A stretch of 64,000 nucleotides of DNA from an uncultured Gemmatimonadales bacterium (lineage in GTDB: Bacteria > Gemmatimonadota > Gemmatimonadetes > Longimicrobiales > Longimicrobiaceae). The stretch covers positions 3,904,001-3,968,000 of the forward strand of contig OY970303.1 of the NCBI GenBank assembly GCA_963716255.1, written 5' to 3'. Positions within the stretch are counted from its first letter, which is position 1; every line of letters begins with the position of its first letter. A program made the position numbers and the translations under genes. The notes beneath the pieces are model-generated. The model saw only the letters and a program-made list of their open reading frames with translations, was not told the origin of the DNA and did not search any database. Shown here one piece after another: positions 9,026-17,555 of this stretch.

Positions 9026-9955
9026 TCACAGCTCCAGCTCCCAGGTCTGCCCCACCAGGTCGTGCCCGAAGCTGTGGTGCGGCTCCTCGTGCACCAGGCG
9101 GAACCCGGCCTCCTCGTAGATGCGCCGCGCCGCGCAGAGCACGTCGTTGGTCCACAGGGTGACCACCCGGTAGCCCGCCTCCCGCGCGAAGGCCACGCAC
9201 GCCTCCACCAGCCGCCGCCCGATCCCCAGCCCGCGCGCCGCCGGGTCCACCAGCAGCAGGCGCAGCTTCGCCACCTCGTCCGACTGCTTCACCAGGAACA
9301 CCGAGCCCACGGGGCGCCCGTCCACCTCCGCGATCCAGCAGTGCTCGCGCGCCGGGTCGTGCCCCCGCCCGAAGCCGGCGACGATCTCCGCCACCAGCGC
9401 CTCGAACCGCGCGTCCCAGCCGTATTCCCGGGCGTAGAGGACGCCGTGCCGCCACACGACCCACCCCAGGTCGCCGGCCTCCGGCGGCCGCAGCACGCAC
9501 GTCCCGCCGGGCGCCGGCCCGCCGCCCAGCAGCTCCACGACGGCGCCCATGGCCTTCACCAGCCGGAGCTGCGCGTCTTCGGAGAGGCCGCCGAGCAGGG
9601 CGCCCACCTCGCCGCGCGTGCCCGCGTCCAGCGCCGCGAACGCCTCCCGCCCCGCCGCCGTGAGCCGGAGCAAGCTCCGGCGGCCGTCCGTGCCGGAAGG
9701 GGTGCGGTCCAGCAGGCCCTGCTCGCGGAAGCGGCGCAGGATGCGGCTCAGGTACCCGGGGTCCAGCCCCAGGTCGTCCGCCAGCTCCGCCGCGGCGGCG
9801 GGGTCGCGGTGCGCCAGCTCGTACAGCACCCGCCCCTCGGTCAGCGAGAAGGGGCTCCGCGACAGCCCCTCCCCGAGCACGCCGATCGTCCGCGTGTAGA
9901 AGCGGTTGAAGCGCCGCACCTCCGCCACCCGCCGCTCGAATCCGCTCGCTTCCAT
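9026..9955 (-). CDS. Bifunctional MarR-HTH / GNAT acetyltransferase
   Basis: Motifs VRRFNRFYT, LDPGYLSRIL, D.R and LLLVDPAARGLGIGRRLV. Confidence 0.92.
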   Translation of the reverse strand: MEASGFERRVAEVRRFNRFYTRTIGVLGEGLSRSPFSLTEGRVLYELAHRDPAAAAELADDLGLDPGYLSRILRRFREQGLLDRTPSGTDGRRSLLRLTAAGREAFAALDAGTRGEVGALLGGLSEDAQLRLVKAMGAVVELLGGGPAPGGTCVLRPPEAGDLGWVVWRHGVLYAREYGWDARFEALVAEIVAGFGRGHDPAREHCWIAEVDGRPVGSVFLVKQSDEVAKLRLLLVDPAARGLGIGRRLVEACVAFAREAGYRVVTLWTNDVLCAARRIYEEAGFRLVHEEPHHSFGHDLVGQTWELEL

Positions 9956-10001
9956 GCTCGTCTCCCCGTTGCCATGCCGGTGGGCAGGGTGTCCCAGGGA
10001 C

Positions 10002-10031
10002 AGAGTAGCAAAGAAAGTTGACGGAGTCAAC
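10002..10031 (-). promoter_or_regulatory. Promoter with overlapping palindromic operator
   Basis: TTGACT-N17-TACTCT; GTTGAC-GGA-GTCAAC (10017-10031) covers the -35 element. Confidence 0.7.
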
Positions 10032-10113
10032 CATATGCGCCGCAGGCTTGCGCGGCGGGGCGGATCTCGCCCATTTGTCCCCGTCCGGCCGGCTCCTCCC
10101 TCCCGCGCCACCC

Positions 10114-10677
10114 GTGAGCAAGTTCGAATACCTGTCGGTCCTCGTTTCCATCGTCATCGGGCTGGGGATCTCCAACCTGCTCTCCGGGGCGGCGCGGCTG
10201 ATCCAGCTGCGGAACCGCGCCCGCATGTACCTGCCCACGCTGGTGTGGATGGGGATCCTCTTCCTGGCCAACGTGCAGATCTGGTGGGTGGCGTTCGACC
10301 GCAGGGAGGTGGAGGAGTGGAACTTCTTCCTGTTCCTGCTCTACCTGCTCATCCCCATCGGCGCGGTGGTGCTGAGCTACCTGGTGGTGCCGGACCTGGG
10401 CGACGAGGACGAGGTGGACCTGAAGGCGAGCTACTTCGAGAACCGCGGCTGGTTCTTCGGCATCTTCGCCGCGCTCCCGGTGATCAGCCTGGCCGAGGAG
10501 ACCGTCAAGGACGGCGCGGTCCCGCACGACGCCGACGCGCTGTTCCGGGTGGCGTTCGCCGCGACGGCGCTGCTCGCCGCCCGCAGCCGCAGCGAGGGCT
10601 ACCACGCCTTCAACGCCGCCCTGGCCGCGGCGCTCTTCTGCGCCTACGTGGCGATGCTCTTTTCGCGGCTCGCCTGA
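10114..10677 (+). CDS. Hypothetical integral membrane protein
   Basis: FEYLSVLVSIVIGLGI start; about 6 TM segments. Confidence 0.8.
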   Translation: MSKFEYLSVLVSIVIGLGISNLLSGAARLIQLRNRARMYLPTLVWMGILFLANVQIWWVAFDRREVEEWNFFLFLLYLLIPIGAVVLSYLVVPDLGDEDEVDLKASYFENRGWFFGIFAALPVISLAEETVKDGAVPHDADALFRVAFAATALLAARSRSEGYHAFNAALAAALFCAYVAMLFSRLA

Positions 10678-10707
10678 GCGAATCGTCCCTCCCCACCGGA
10701 GCCCAGC

Positions 10708-11286
10708 ATGGACGCCCTTTCCGCGATCGCCTTCGGCGTGGTCCTGTCCGCCAGCGCCGGGCTGCGCGCCTTTCTGCCGGCGTTCGCCGCGAGCCTGGGC
10801 GCGCGCGTCTTCGACCTGCCGCTCCCGGAGTACCTGGCCTGGCTGGAGCGCCCGGAGGCGCTGCTCCTCTTCGGCGTCGCCACGGTGCTGGAGCTGCTCG
10901 GCGACAAGATCCCGGTGGTGGACCACCTCCTGGACTCGGTGCAGGTGTTCACCAAGCCGGCGCTCGCGGTGCTGGCGGCGACGCCCTTTCTGTACCAGCT
11001 GGCTCCCGAGCACGCGGTGGCCATCGGCATCGCGCTGGGGGCGCCGCTCGCGCTGGGGGTGCACGCCACCAAGGCCACGGTGCGCGTGGGGAGCACGGCC
11101 ACCACGGGCGGAATCGCCAATCCGTTTCTCAGCGTGGTGGAGGACGTGGCTGCGTTCGCCGCGGTGGCGGTGGTTTTTCTTGCCCCGGTGGTCGCGCTCG
11201 TCCTCACGGGTGTGCTGCTTTTCGTGCTCTTTCGGCTCGCCGTGAAGGTTCGCGGGGCCACGAGGCGCCGCAGGGCCACGGTTTGA
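10708..11286 (+). CDS. DUF4126 family membrane protein
   Basis: Motifs SAGLRAFLP, ELLGDKIPVVDHLLD and NPFLSVVED. Confidence 0.85.
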   Translation: MDALSAIAFGVVLSASAGLRAFLPAFAASLGARVFDLPLPEYLAWLERPEALLLFGVATVLELLGDKIPVVDHLLDSVQVFTKPALAVLAATPFLYQLAPEHAVAIGIALGAPLALGVHATKATVRVGSTATTGGIANPFLSVVEDVAAFAAVAVVFLAPVVALVLTGVLLFVLFRLAVKVRGATRRRRATV

Positions 11287-11316
11287 CGTCCAGGAGGAGC
11301 TTTTAACAACGGGTTC

Positions 11317-11445
11317 GGGCGTGCCCCCGGCTGGCGCCGGGGTCGGGCTTCGGCTCCGTAGCAGACGAAACGACCGTCTGCAACGGAGTCGAGCCCGCGC
11401 AAACAACCGCGCGGTCTCGCCCCTTCGGGCCGAAATCCCTCACGC
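11317..11445 (+). repeat. Family A element, copy 4
   Basis: Full match; 30 bp after the DUF4126 stop. Confidence 0.95.
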
Positions 11446-11547
11446 AGCTTCCTTTCCAACCTCGATTTTCCACCGTGTACGCTCTCCCGACCAGGGACGG
11501 AGCGGCGGATTCCGAAGGAGGCCGGGGCTTCGCGTCCAGCCGCGGAG

Positions 11548-11588
11548 AAACGACACGGGCCCGGGGATTCGTCCCCGGGCCCGTGTCG
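11548..11588 (-). terminator. Intrinsic terminator-like hairpin downstream of the LprI-like gene
   Basis: 17-bp perfect stem CGACACGGGCCCGGGGA-TTCG-TCCCCGGGCCCGTGTCG with a short U tail on the minus strand. Confidence 0.7.
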
Positions 11589-11615
11589 CTCCTGGTCGCC
11601 GCGCCGGCGCGAGGC

Positions 11616-11999
11616 TCAGCCCTCCCCCTCCAGCGCCGCCCTGAGCTGCGCCGTCCGGGCGCGCGTCGTCGCCTCCATGCACGCGTAGTACACCGCCGGC
11701 TGCATGCTGCCGCCCGCGTGCAGCGACCGCTCGAAGTCGCAGTGCCCGTCGCGGAAGCGGATCCAGGCGAGCTGCGCCGTCCGCAGCTTCGCGCGGCGCG
11801 GCGTCGCGAGCCGCGTGCTGAGCCGCCCGTAGGCCGAGTTCAGCGCCTCGTCCGCGGCGCGCCACCCCTCCTGCGCGCAGTGGTTCATCGCCGCCTGGGT
11901 CCTGGGGTCCCTGCACTCGCGGCCCTGCGCGGCGAGCGGACGGGCGCCGCAGGCGACGGCGAGCGCCAGCAGGGCGAGAAGCAGGGCACGAGGCGGCAT
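11616..11999 (-). CDS. Lysozyme inhibitor LprI (DUF1311) family protein
   Basis: Signal peptide; C...TQAAMNHCA...ADEALNSAY...AQLAWIRFRDGHC. Confidence 0.88.
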   Translation of the reverse strand: MPPRALLLALLALAVACGARPLAAQGRECRDPRTQAAMNHCAQEGWRAADEALNSAYGRLSTRLATPRRAKLRTAQLAWIRFRDGHCDFERSLHAGGSMQPAVYYACMEATTRARTAQLRAALEGEG

Positions 12000-12111
12000 T
12001 CGGCACCGTGGAAACGAGGACGTGCGCGAGCGAGAGGACGCCGGAAAAGGTGACCCGCCGGGCGCCCCGCCGCAAGCACCACCGCCTTCCCAGCGGACGC
12101 CAGCGCGATGC

Positions 12112-12240
12112 CGCGTGAGGGATTTCGGCCCGAAGGGGCGAGACCGCGCGGCTGTTTGCGCGGGCTCGACTCCGTTGGCCCGCGTTGTTTGCGGGCTTAC
12201 GGAGCCGAAGCCCGACCCCGGCGCAGCCGGGGGCACGCCC
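12112..12240 (-). repeat. Family A element, copy 5
   Basis: Full match; downstream of DUF4112. Confidence 0.95.
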
Positions 12241-12337
12241 GAACTCTCCGGTACGAGCCGTTTCGGCTGGATTCCGTCTCGGTGCTCTCGCACGGGCGCG
12301 CTCGCCGATGCCTGCACGAGGTGCACGCGACCGCGGC

Positions 12338-12844
12338 CTACAGGCGGTCCATCAGCCCTCGAAACAGGAGCACCGCCACCGCGAACGCGCCGGCGAAGAG
12401 CAGCGCGAGCCCCAGCAGGAGCATCACCACGAAGCCGCGGCTGGCGCGCGCGGTGGTCGCGGGGTGCTCCAGGTGGGTGTTGATGAGGGCGACGTTGCGC
12501 GCGTTGGCCTTCCAGCCGGCGTCGAACAGGTCGCCCAGGAAGGGGATGGCGCCCACCACGGCCTCGATCCCCACGTTGGCGGCCATGCGCAGCAGCACGG
12601 CGCGGGGCACGCCCATCCGCGCCGCCTGGGCGAGGATGTACGCGGAAAGCACGGCGCCCGCCGTGTCGCCGATGCCGGGCACCAGGCCGATGATGGCGTC
12701 CAGCCCCACCCGGAAGCCGCCGGGGAGGGGGATGGAGTTGTCCAGCAGGTGCGCCAGCCCGCGGACCCGCCGCACCGCCGGGTCGTCGACCGGGAGCGGG
12801 GCGGGCGTCGCGGGGGACGTGCCGGTGCGGGGGCGTGTCGCCAT
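12338..12844 (-). CDS. DUF4112 family protein
   Basis: Motifs LLDNSIPLPGG.RVGLDAIIGLVPGIGD and GDLFDAGWKANARN. Confidence 0.88.
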   Translation of the reverse strand: MATRPRTGTSPATPAPLPVDDPAVRRVRGLAHLLDNSIPLPGGFRVGLDAIIGLVPGIGDTAGAVLSAYILAQAARMGVPRAVLLRMAANVGIEAVVGAIPFLGDLFDAGWKANARNVALINTHLEHPATTARASRGFVVMLLLGLALLFAGAFAVAVLLFRGLMDRL

Positions 12845-12900
12845 GGGTCGACCTGCGTGGGAGCGTGGGCCTGCCGGGAGCCTGCCTGGGCCCCGGAGTA

Positions 12901-13617
12901 TCAAGGATGGGGCCAGGGCACGGCCGCCAGCCCCGTCCAGCGCTCCCGGAACCGGCGCGCCAGCTCCCGCAGCCCCCACTCCTCGGCGCGACGGTGGCCC
13001 ACCGCCACCACGCCGATCCCGGTTTCGGCGACGGCCGCGCGCGCCGGGACGCGCTGCACCCCGGTGAGGTAGGCGTCCGCGCCTCGCGCCGCCGCCTCGC
13101 GCACCAGCGCGTCCGTCATGGCGTTCACGGCCGCCAAACGCGCCACCTCGCCGCCGCGCGGCGGCTGCGCCGCCTCCACCCCGCCGAATTCGGTCCGCGC
13201 CCGCGCCAGGAGGTCATCGAACGGCTGCCGGGCGACCGCGCCGAGCATCCCCAGCGGCCGCCCGTCGCGCTCCCCGAGCGGCTCCAGCCCCGTCATCCCC
13301 AGCCGGGCCGCGAGCGCCGGGTTGAAGCCGGTGGTCAGCCGCTCGTCGAAGGGGCGGTGGCTGGCGAGCAGCCCGGTGCCGGGCGGCAGCACCCCGGGCG
13401 CGAGCCCCCACGGCCGGTGCAGGAACACGGCGTCCAGCCGCTCCGCCCGCGCCCAGGCGCCCAGCCCGTCCCACGGCTCCAGCGCCAGGCCCAGGCGCGC
13501 GACGGGGCGCGCCGAATTCTCCCGGCGCGCCCCGTGGTCGATCCCGGCGATCTCCTCCGCCCCAAGCACCCCTTCCAGGTGCGCGGCGAGCTCGCCCAGG
13601 GTGGGCGGGGACGTCAG
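12901..13617 (-). CDS. Nif3-like dinuclear metal-centre protein (start uncertain)
   Basis: Motifs FLHRPW, SHRPFD, YLTG and VGHRRAEEWGL. Confidence 0.75.
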   Translation of the reverse strand: MTSPPTLGELAAHLEGVLGAEEIAGIDHGARRENSARPVARLGLALEPWDGLGAWARAERLDAVFLHRPWGLAPGVLPPGTGLLASHRPFDERLTTGFNPALAARLGMTGLEPLGERDGRPLGMLGAVARQPFDDLLARARTEFGGVEAAQPPRGGEVARLAAVNAMTDALVREAAARGADAYLTGVQRVPARAAVAETGIGVVAVGHRRAEEWGLRELARRFRERWTGLAAVPWPHP

Positions 13618-14120
13618 CGTCCGGCCGCCGCGTCCGGCCGGCCGAAACCGGGGGCGTATCCCGGCTCCGCGTAGCCCCCGCGCCGGGTGAGCATGCGGTC
13701 CACCGACCAGCGCCCGCTCCCTCCCGCGAGGAGGGCGGCGACCATGCCGAACACCAGGATGTGGAACTCGAAGCCCTCGCCGCGGGGCTGCCCGTACCAG
13801 TTCATGAAGAAGCCCCACTTCCCGGTGTCGAAGTGGATGGCCCCCACCATCACCAGCCCGATGCTGAGCGCCGCGAAGCGCCCCAGGAACCCCGCCAGCA
13901 GGAGTACCGGCCCCACGAACTCCGCCAGCATCACCAGCACGGTGACGAACGGCGGGATCCCCCAGGCCATGTTGAAGAACTCGATGGTCTTGGCGGGCCC
14001 GTTCCCGTGCCACCACCCCAGCACCTTCTGCGCGCCGTGCGGCCAGATCACCACGGCCAGCGCCAGCCGCACGAAGAACGGGGACAGGTGGTCGTCCGTG
14101 CGGATGAGTCGTTCGAACAT
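13614..14120 (-). CDS. DoxX family membrane protein
   Basis: Motifs RLALAVVIWPHGAQK and GEGFEFH. Confidence 0.9.
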   Translation of the reverse strand: MFERLIRTDDHLSPFFVRLALAVVIWPHGAQKVLGWWHGNGPAKTIEFFNMAWGIPPFVTVLVMLAEFVGPVLLLAGFLGRFAALSIGLVMVGAIHFDTGKWGFFMNWYGQPRGEGFEFHILVFGMVAALLAGGSGRWSVDRMLTRRGGYAEPGYAPGFGRPDAAAGR

Positions 14121-14210
14121 CGCAGCCTCCGGATGAGGGAAAGTGGGGAAGTGCGAGAGAGCGAAACGGCAGTACGAAGTACGCTGAACGGCAGAAGCCC
14201 GGTGCAGTGC

Positions 14211-14254
14211 TCCCCCTCTCCCGCTTGCGGGGGAGGGGGCCGGGGGGAGGGGGC
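14211..14254. repeat. Family B repeat
   Basis: CCCCCTCTCCCGCTTGCGGGGGAGGGGGCCGGGGGGAGGGGG, abutting family A copy 6. Confidence 0.75.
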
Positions 14255-14259
14255 CTGTT

Positions 14260-14388
14260 GCGTGAGGGATTTCGGCCCGAAGGGGCGAGACCCGCGGGCA
14301 GTTTCGCGGGGCTCGACTCCGTTGGGCTGCGTTGTTTGCAGCCCTACGGAGCCGAAGCCCGACCCCGGCGCCAGCCGGGGGCACGCCC
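14260..14388 (-). repeat. Family A element, copy 6
   Basis: Full match; 11 bp after the phosphoesterase stop. Confidence 0.95.
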
Positions 14389-14399
14389 GAACCCGCAGT

Positions 14400-15176
14400 T
14401 CAAAGCTGTTCCAGTCCTTCCCCCCACACCTGCGTCATCGGAAACCCCGGAGAAGACCGGTCCCGCGGATACCGCAGCGCGTTCTGCACGTACCGGACGC
14501 CCTCGATCTCCCGGTCGCAGTCGATGTGGCTGTGCCCGAAGACGTGCGTCCGCGACCCCACCCGGCGCAGCTGCGCGTCCAGCTCCGCGCACCCGGCCAC
14601 CTGCGGCAGCCCCCGGAAGCGCAGGTACTTGGCGGGCGGCAGCAGGTCGCGCCGGGGGAGGAAGTGCGAAAAGGTCACCACGGGCGCGTCGTAGTCGCGC
14701 AGGTGCGGGTCGTTCATGCGCAGGAACCACTCGCAGGGGCGCCCCACCCGCTCCGGCCAGCGGCAGAAGTGGAAGTCGGCCCAGGCCTCCAGGTCCTTGG
14801 TCTCGGCGTCGCCGTACGAGTCGAACTCGGCTTCGTACCAGGCGAAGAGCGGCACCACCCACATCCCCGCGGGGAGCCGCACGGGGCGCGTCCGCACGCC
14901 CATGACGTCGCACAGGCGCAGGATGCGCTCGAACTTGTCGGCGGAGTCGCCGGTCTCGGCGCGCACCCACAGTTCGTGGTTGCCGGGAACGAAGAACACT
15001 TCGCGGAAGCGGGCGCGGAGCAGCGCCAGCGTGGCCTCGATCCGGTCCAGGGAGTCGGCGATGTCGCCGGCGACGATCAGGGCGTCCGCGGTGTACTCCC
15101 CCAGCGGGAGCCCCTCCACCAGGGCGTGGTTCTCGGCGAAGTCGGTGTGCAGGTCCGAGACGGCGAAGACGCGCAT
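14400..15176 (-). CDS. Calcineurin-like metallophosphoesterase
   Basis: Motifs SDLH, GD, PGNHE, SHFLP and FGHSH. Confidence 0.9.
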   Translation of the reverse strand: MRVFAVSDLHTDFAENHALVEGLPLGEYTADALIVAGDIADSLDRIEATLALLRARFREVFFVPGNHELWVRAETGDSADKFERILRLCDVMGVRTRPVRLPAGMWVVPLFAWYEAEFDSYGDAETKDLEAWADFHFCRWPERVGRPCEWFLRMNDPHLRDYDAPVVTFSHFLPRRDLLPPAKYLRFRGLPQVAGCAELDAQLRRVGSRTHVFGHSHIDCDREIEGVRYVQNALRYPRDRSSPGFPMTQVWGEGLEQL

Positions 15177-15180
15177 GCGC

Positions 15181-15951
15181 TCAGGCCGTCCCCGGGGCGC
15201 CCTCGCCCGGGAAGATCAGGCTGCGCACCGTCCTGCCGTCGCGCACGGACACTTCGTGGCAGGGGTGCCGCACCGCCTCCAGCGAGTGGTCGGGGTGGTA
15301 GATCACGCCGCCGCCCGTGGGGATGCCGATCCCCTGCACGCTCTCGCCCAGCAGCTTCACCGCGCGCCCCAGGCTTTCCCACTCCTCGCGCTCGGCGTGG
15401 GCGTCGATCACGTAGGGGATGATCTTGAAGGTGTCCACCAGGTCCTCGCTCCCGGTGGGACCTTCGGGCGGCCACCCCACCAGCCCCAGCTGCACGGCCC
15501 CGGCGGACACGCCCACCAGCACGGCGCCGGCGTAGTAGCGGCGCAGCACGGCGTCCTTGACGCCGCTCGCCTCGAAGGCGCGCCACCCCTGCTCCACCTC
15601 GCCGCCGGCCAGGAGGATCAGGTCGGCTTCCTCCAGGAACGCCAGGTCCTCGGCGGAGGGGGAGGTGGGGACCTGGCGCGTGTCGAACACGGACACCGAG
15701 TCCATGGCCGCCACGAAGATGTCGTAGAACTCGGGCTCGTCGCCGTTGGAGGCGCCCAGGTAGGCGGCCTTTGGCGTGGGCTTGTCGAGCTGCGCCCGCA
15801 CGTCGCCCAGGAAGTAGGCGTCGCCCTCCCGCCAGAAGAGGAGCTGGCTGTCGGCCAGCAGGTACACGGGGCGGGTGTCGAGGCGCGGCCCGGCCAGGCT
15901 CCCGGCGAGCGACTCCTCCTCGGGGAGGTCGGGGTCGGGGAAGATGCTCAT
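15181..15951 (-). CDS. Peptidase S51 (dipeptidase E/cyanophycinase-like) family protein
   Basis: Motifs LLAGG, GVSAGA nucleophile and IDAH. Confidence 0.8.
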   Translation of the reverse strand: MSIFPDPDLPEEESLAGSLAGPRLDTRPVYLLADSQLLFWREGDAYFLGDVRAQLDKPTPKAAYLGASNGDEPEFYDIFVAAMDSVSVFDTRQVPTSPSAEDLAFLEEADLILLAGGEVEQGWRAFEASGVKDAVLRRYYAGAVLVGVSAGAVQLGLVGWPPEGPTGSEDLVDTFKIIPYVIDAHAEREEWESLGRAVKLLGESVQGIGIPTGGGVIYHPDHSLEAVRHPCHEVSVRDGRTVRSLIFPGEGAPGTA

Positions 15952-16006
15952 GTCTGGTGCGAAGGTCCTGTCCACGGGACTGGGAGGGCGGGCGTGGCGC
16001 GCACGG

Positions 16007-17251
16007 CTACCGCCACAGGTTCACGAACACGGTAATGATAACCGCGTTGGTGAAGTCGATGAAGAAGGCGCCCACCATGGGCACCACCAGGAAGGCGCGC
16101 GGGGCGGGGCCGTAGCGCTCCACCAGGGAGCGCATGTTTGCCATGGCGTTGGCGGTGGTCCCCAGCATGAAGCCGCAGAACCCGCCGCTCATCACCGCGG
16201 CGTCGTAGTCGCGCCCCATGACGCGGAAGATGAGCCAGAAGCTCAGCACGATCAGCCCGATCTGCGCCGCCAGGATGGCGAAGAGCGGCAGGGCGAGCCC
16301 GGCGATCTCCCACAGCTTGAGCGTCATCAGCGCCAGCACGATGAACAGCGAGAGCGCGGCGTTCCCCAGGTCGTCGATGGTGCGCTGCGACAGCCCGATC
16401 CACCCGGTGAAGTCGTCCAGGTTGCGGATCGCCGCGGCCGCGAGCATGGCCCCGATGGTGCCGGGGAGGGTGATCCCCACGGAGGTGAACCACGCGCTCA
16501 CCCAGGAGCCCACCCACATGGCGGCCAGGATGGCGACCACGTTCTTGAGCAGCACGTACGATTCCTCGTCCTCGCCCGCGGGGACGTTGGGCGGGGGCTC
16601 GGGGAGCCGCTCCTCCCCCACGTGCCCGGCGACCCGCGCCAGCTCGTCCGCGGCCACCACCTCGGCCGCCATCCCCCGCGGCCCGTGCAGCCCGTGCTTC
16701 TCGATGATGCGGGTGGCGATGGGCGCGCCGATCACCCCGCCCGCCACGATCCCCACCATGGCCGCCGCGACCGCCACCGAGGCCGCGCCCTGCACCCCGG
16801 CCTGCTCGAAGAGCGGCGCGAAGGCGAGCCCCGTGGCGGGCCCGCCGGTGAGCGTCACCGAGCCGGCGAGCACCCCCAGCAGCGGGTCCACGCCGAAGGG
16901 GAGCGCCACCAGGTACCCCACCACGTTCTGGAGCACCGCGAACACCGTCGCCACCCCGAAGAACAGGAGCACCTGCGGCCCGCCCACGCGCAGCAGCGAG
17001 AGCGACGCCCCGAAGCCGATGCTGGTGAAGAAGGCGATCATCAGCGGCGTCTGCAGCGTGGTGTCGAACTCGAAGAGCGTCACCCCGCGCCCCCGCGCCG
17101 CCACGATGGCGAACGACACCAGCAGCCCGCCGATGACGGGCGCCGGGATGTTGTAGCGCGCCAGCGGCGGGATCGCGCGGCGGATGGCGTACCCCACGAA
17201 CAGCAGGAGCCCGGCGAACGCCACGGTGTGGACGAGGTCCAGCTTGAGCAT
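16007..17251 (-). CDS. gltS: Sodium/glutamate symporter
   Basis: Motifs YNIPAPVIGG, FFTSIGF, GSVTLTGG, GRDYDAAV and VPMVGAFFIDFTNA. Confidence 0.92.
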   Translation of the reverse strand: MLKLDLVHTVAFAGLLLFVGYAIRRAIPPLARYNIPAPVIGGLLVSFAIVAARGRGVTLFEFDTTLQTPLMIAFFTSIGFGASLSLLRVGGPQVLLFFGVATVFAVLQNVVGYLVALPFGVDPLLGVLAGSVTLTGGPATGLAFAPLFEQAGVQGAASVAVAAAMVGIVAGGVIGAPIATRIIEKHGLHGPRGMAAEVVAADELARVAGHVGEERLPEPPPNVPAGEDEESYVLLKNVVAILAAMWVGSWVSAWFTSVGITLPGTIGAMLAAAAIRNLDDFTGWIGLSQRTIDDLGNAALSLFIVLALMTLKLWEIAGLALPLFAILAAQIGLIVLSFWLIFRVMGRDYDAAVMSGGFCGFMLGTTANAMANMRSLVERYGPAPRAFLVVPMVGAFFIDFTNAVIITVFVNLWR

Positions 17252-17304
17252 GGGCGCGGTGGGGTGAAAGGGGAACGGCAGGGGACAGGCTGCAACTGCG
17301 GACC

Positions 17305-17477
17305 CACTCCCCCGACCCCTCCCCGCAAGGGGGAGGGGAGCACGACACGGTGCACCCGAGGGTCAGGAAGCCCTCCCCCAGAATTGGGGGAGGGTGGCGA
17401 GCCTCAAGCGAGCCGGGTGGGGGCCCCCGCGGACGTCAGCGCGAAGCCCGACCCCGGCGCCAGCCGGGGGCACGCCC
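17305..17477 (-). repeat. Composite: family B plus internally deleted family A (17442-17477)
   Basis: Same B-linker context as 8705-8987, but only the terminal ~36 bp of family A remain. Confidence 0.85.
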
Positions 17478-17555
17478 GGATCCCGCCCTCATCCGTACCA
17501 GACTGAAGGCGACATCATAAGCCGCCCCGCACACCAGGCGAAAGGACAAGCAAAT

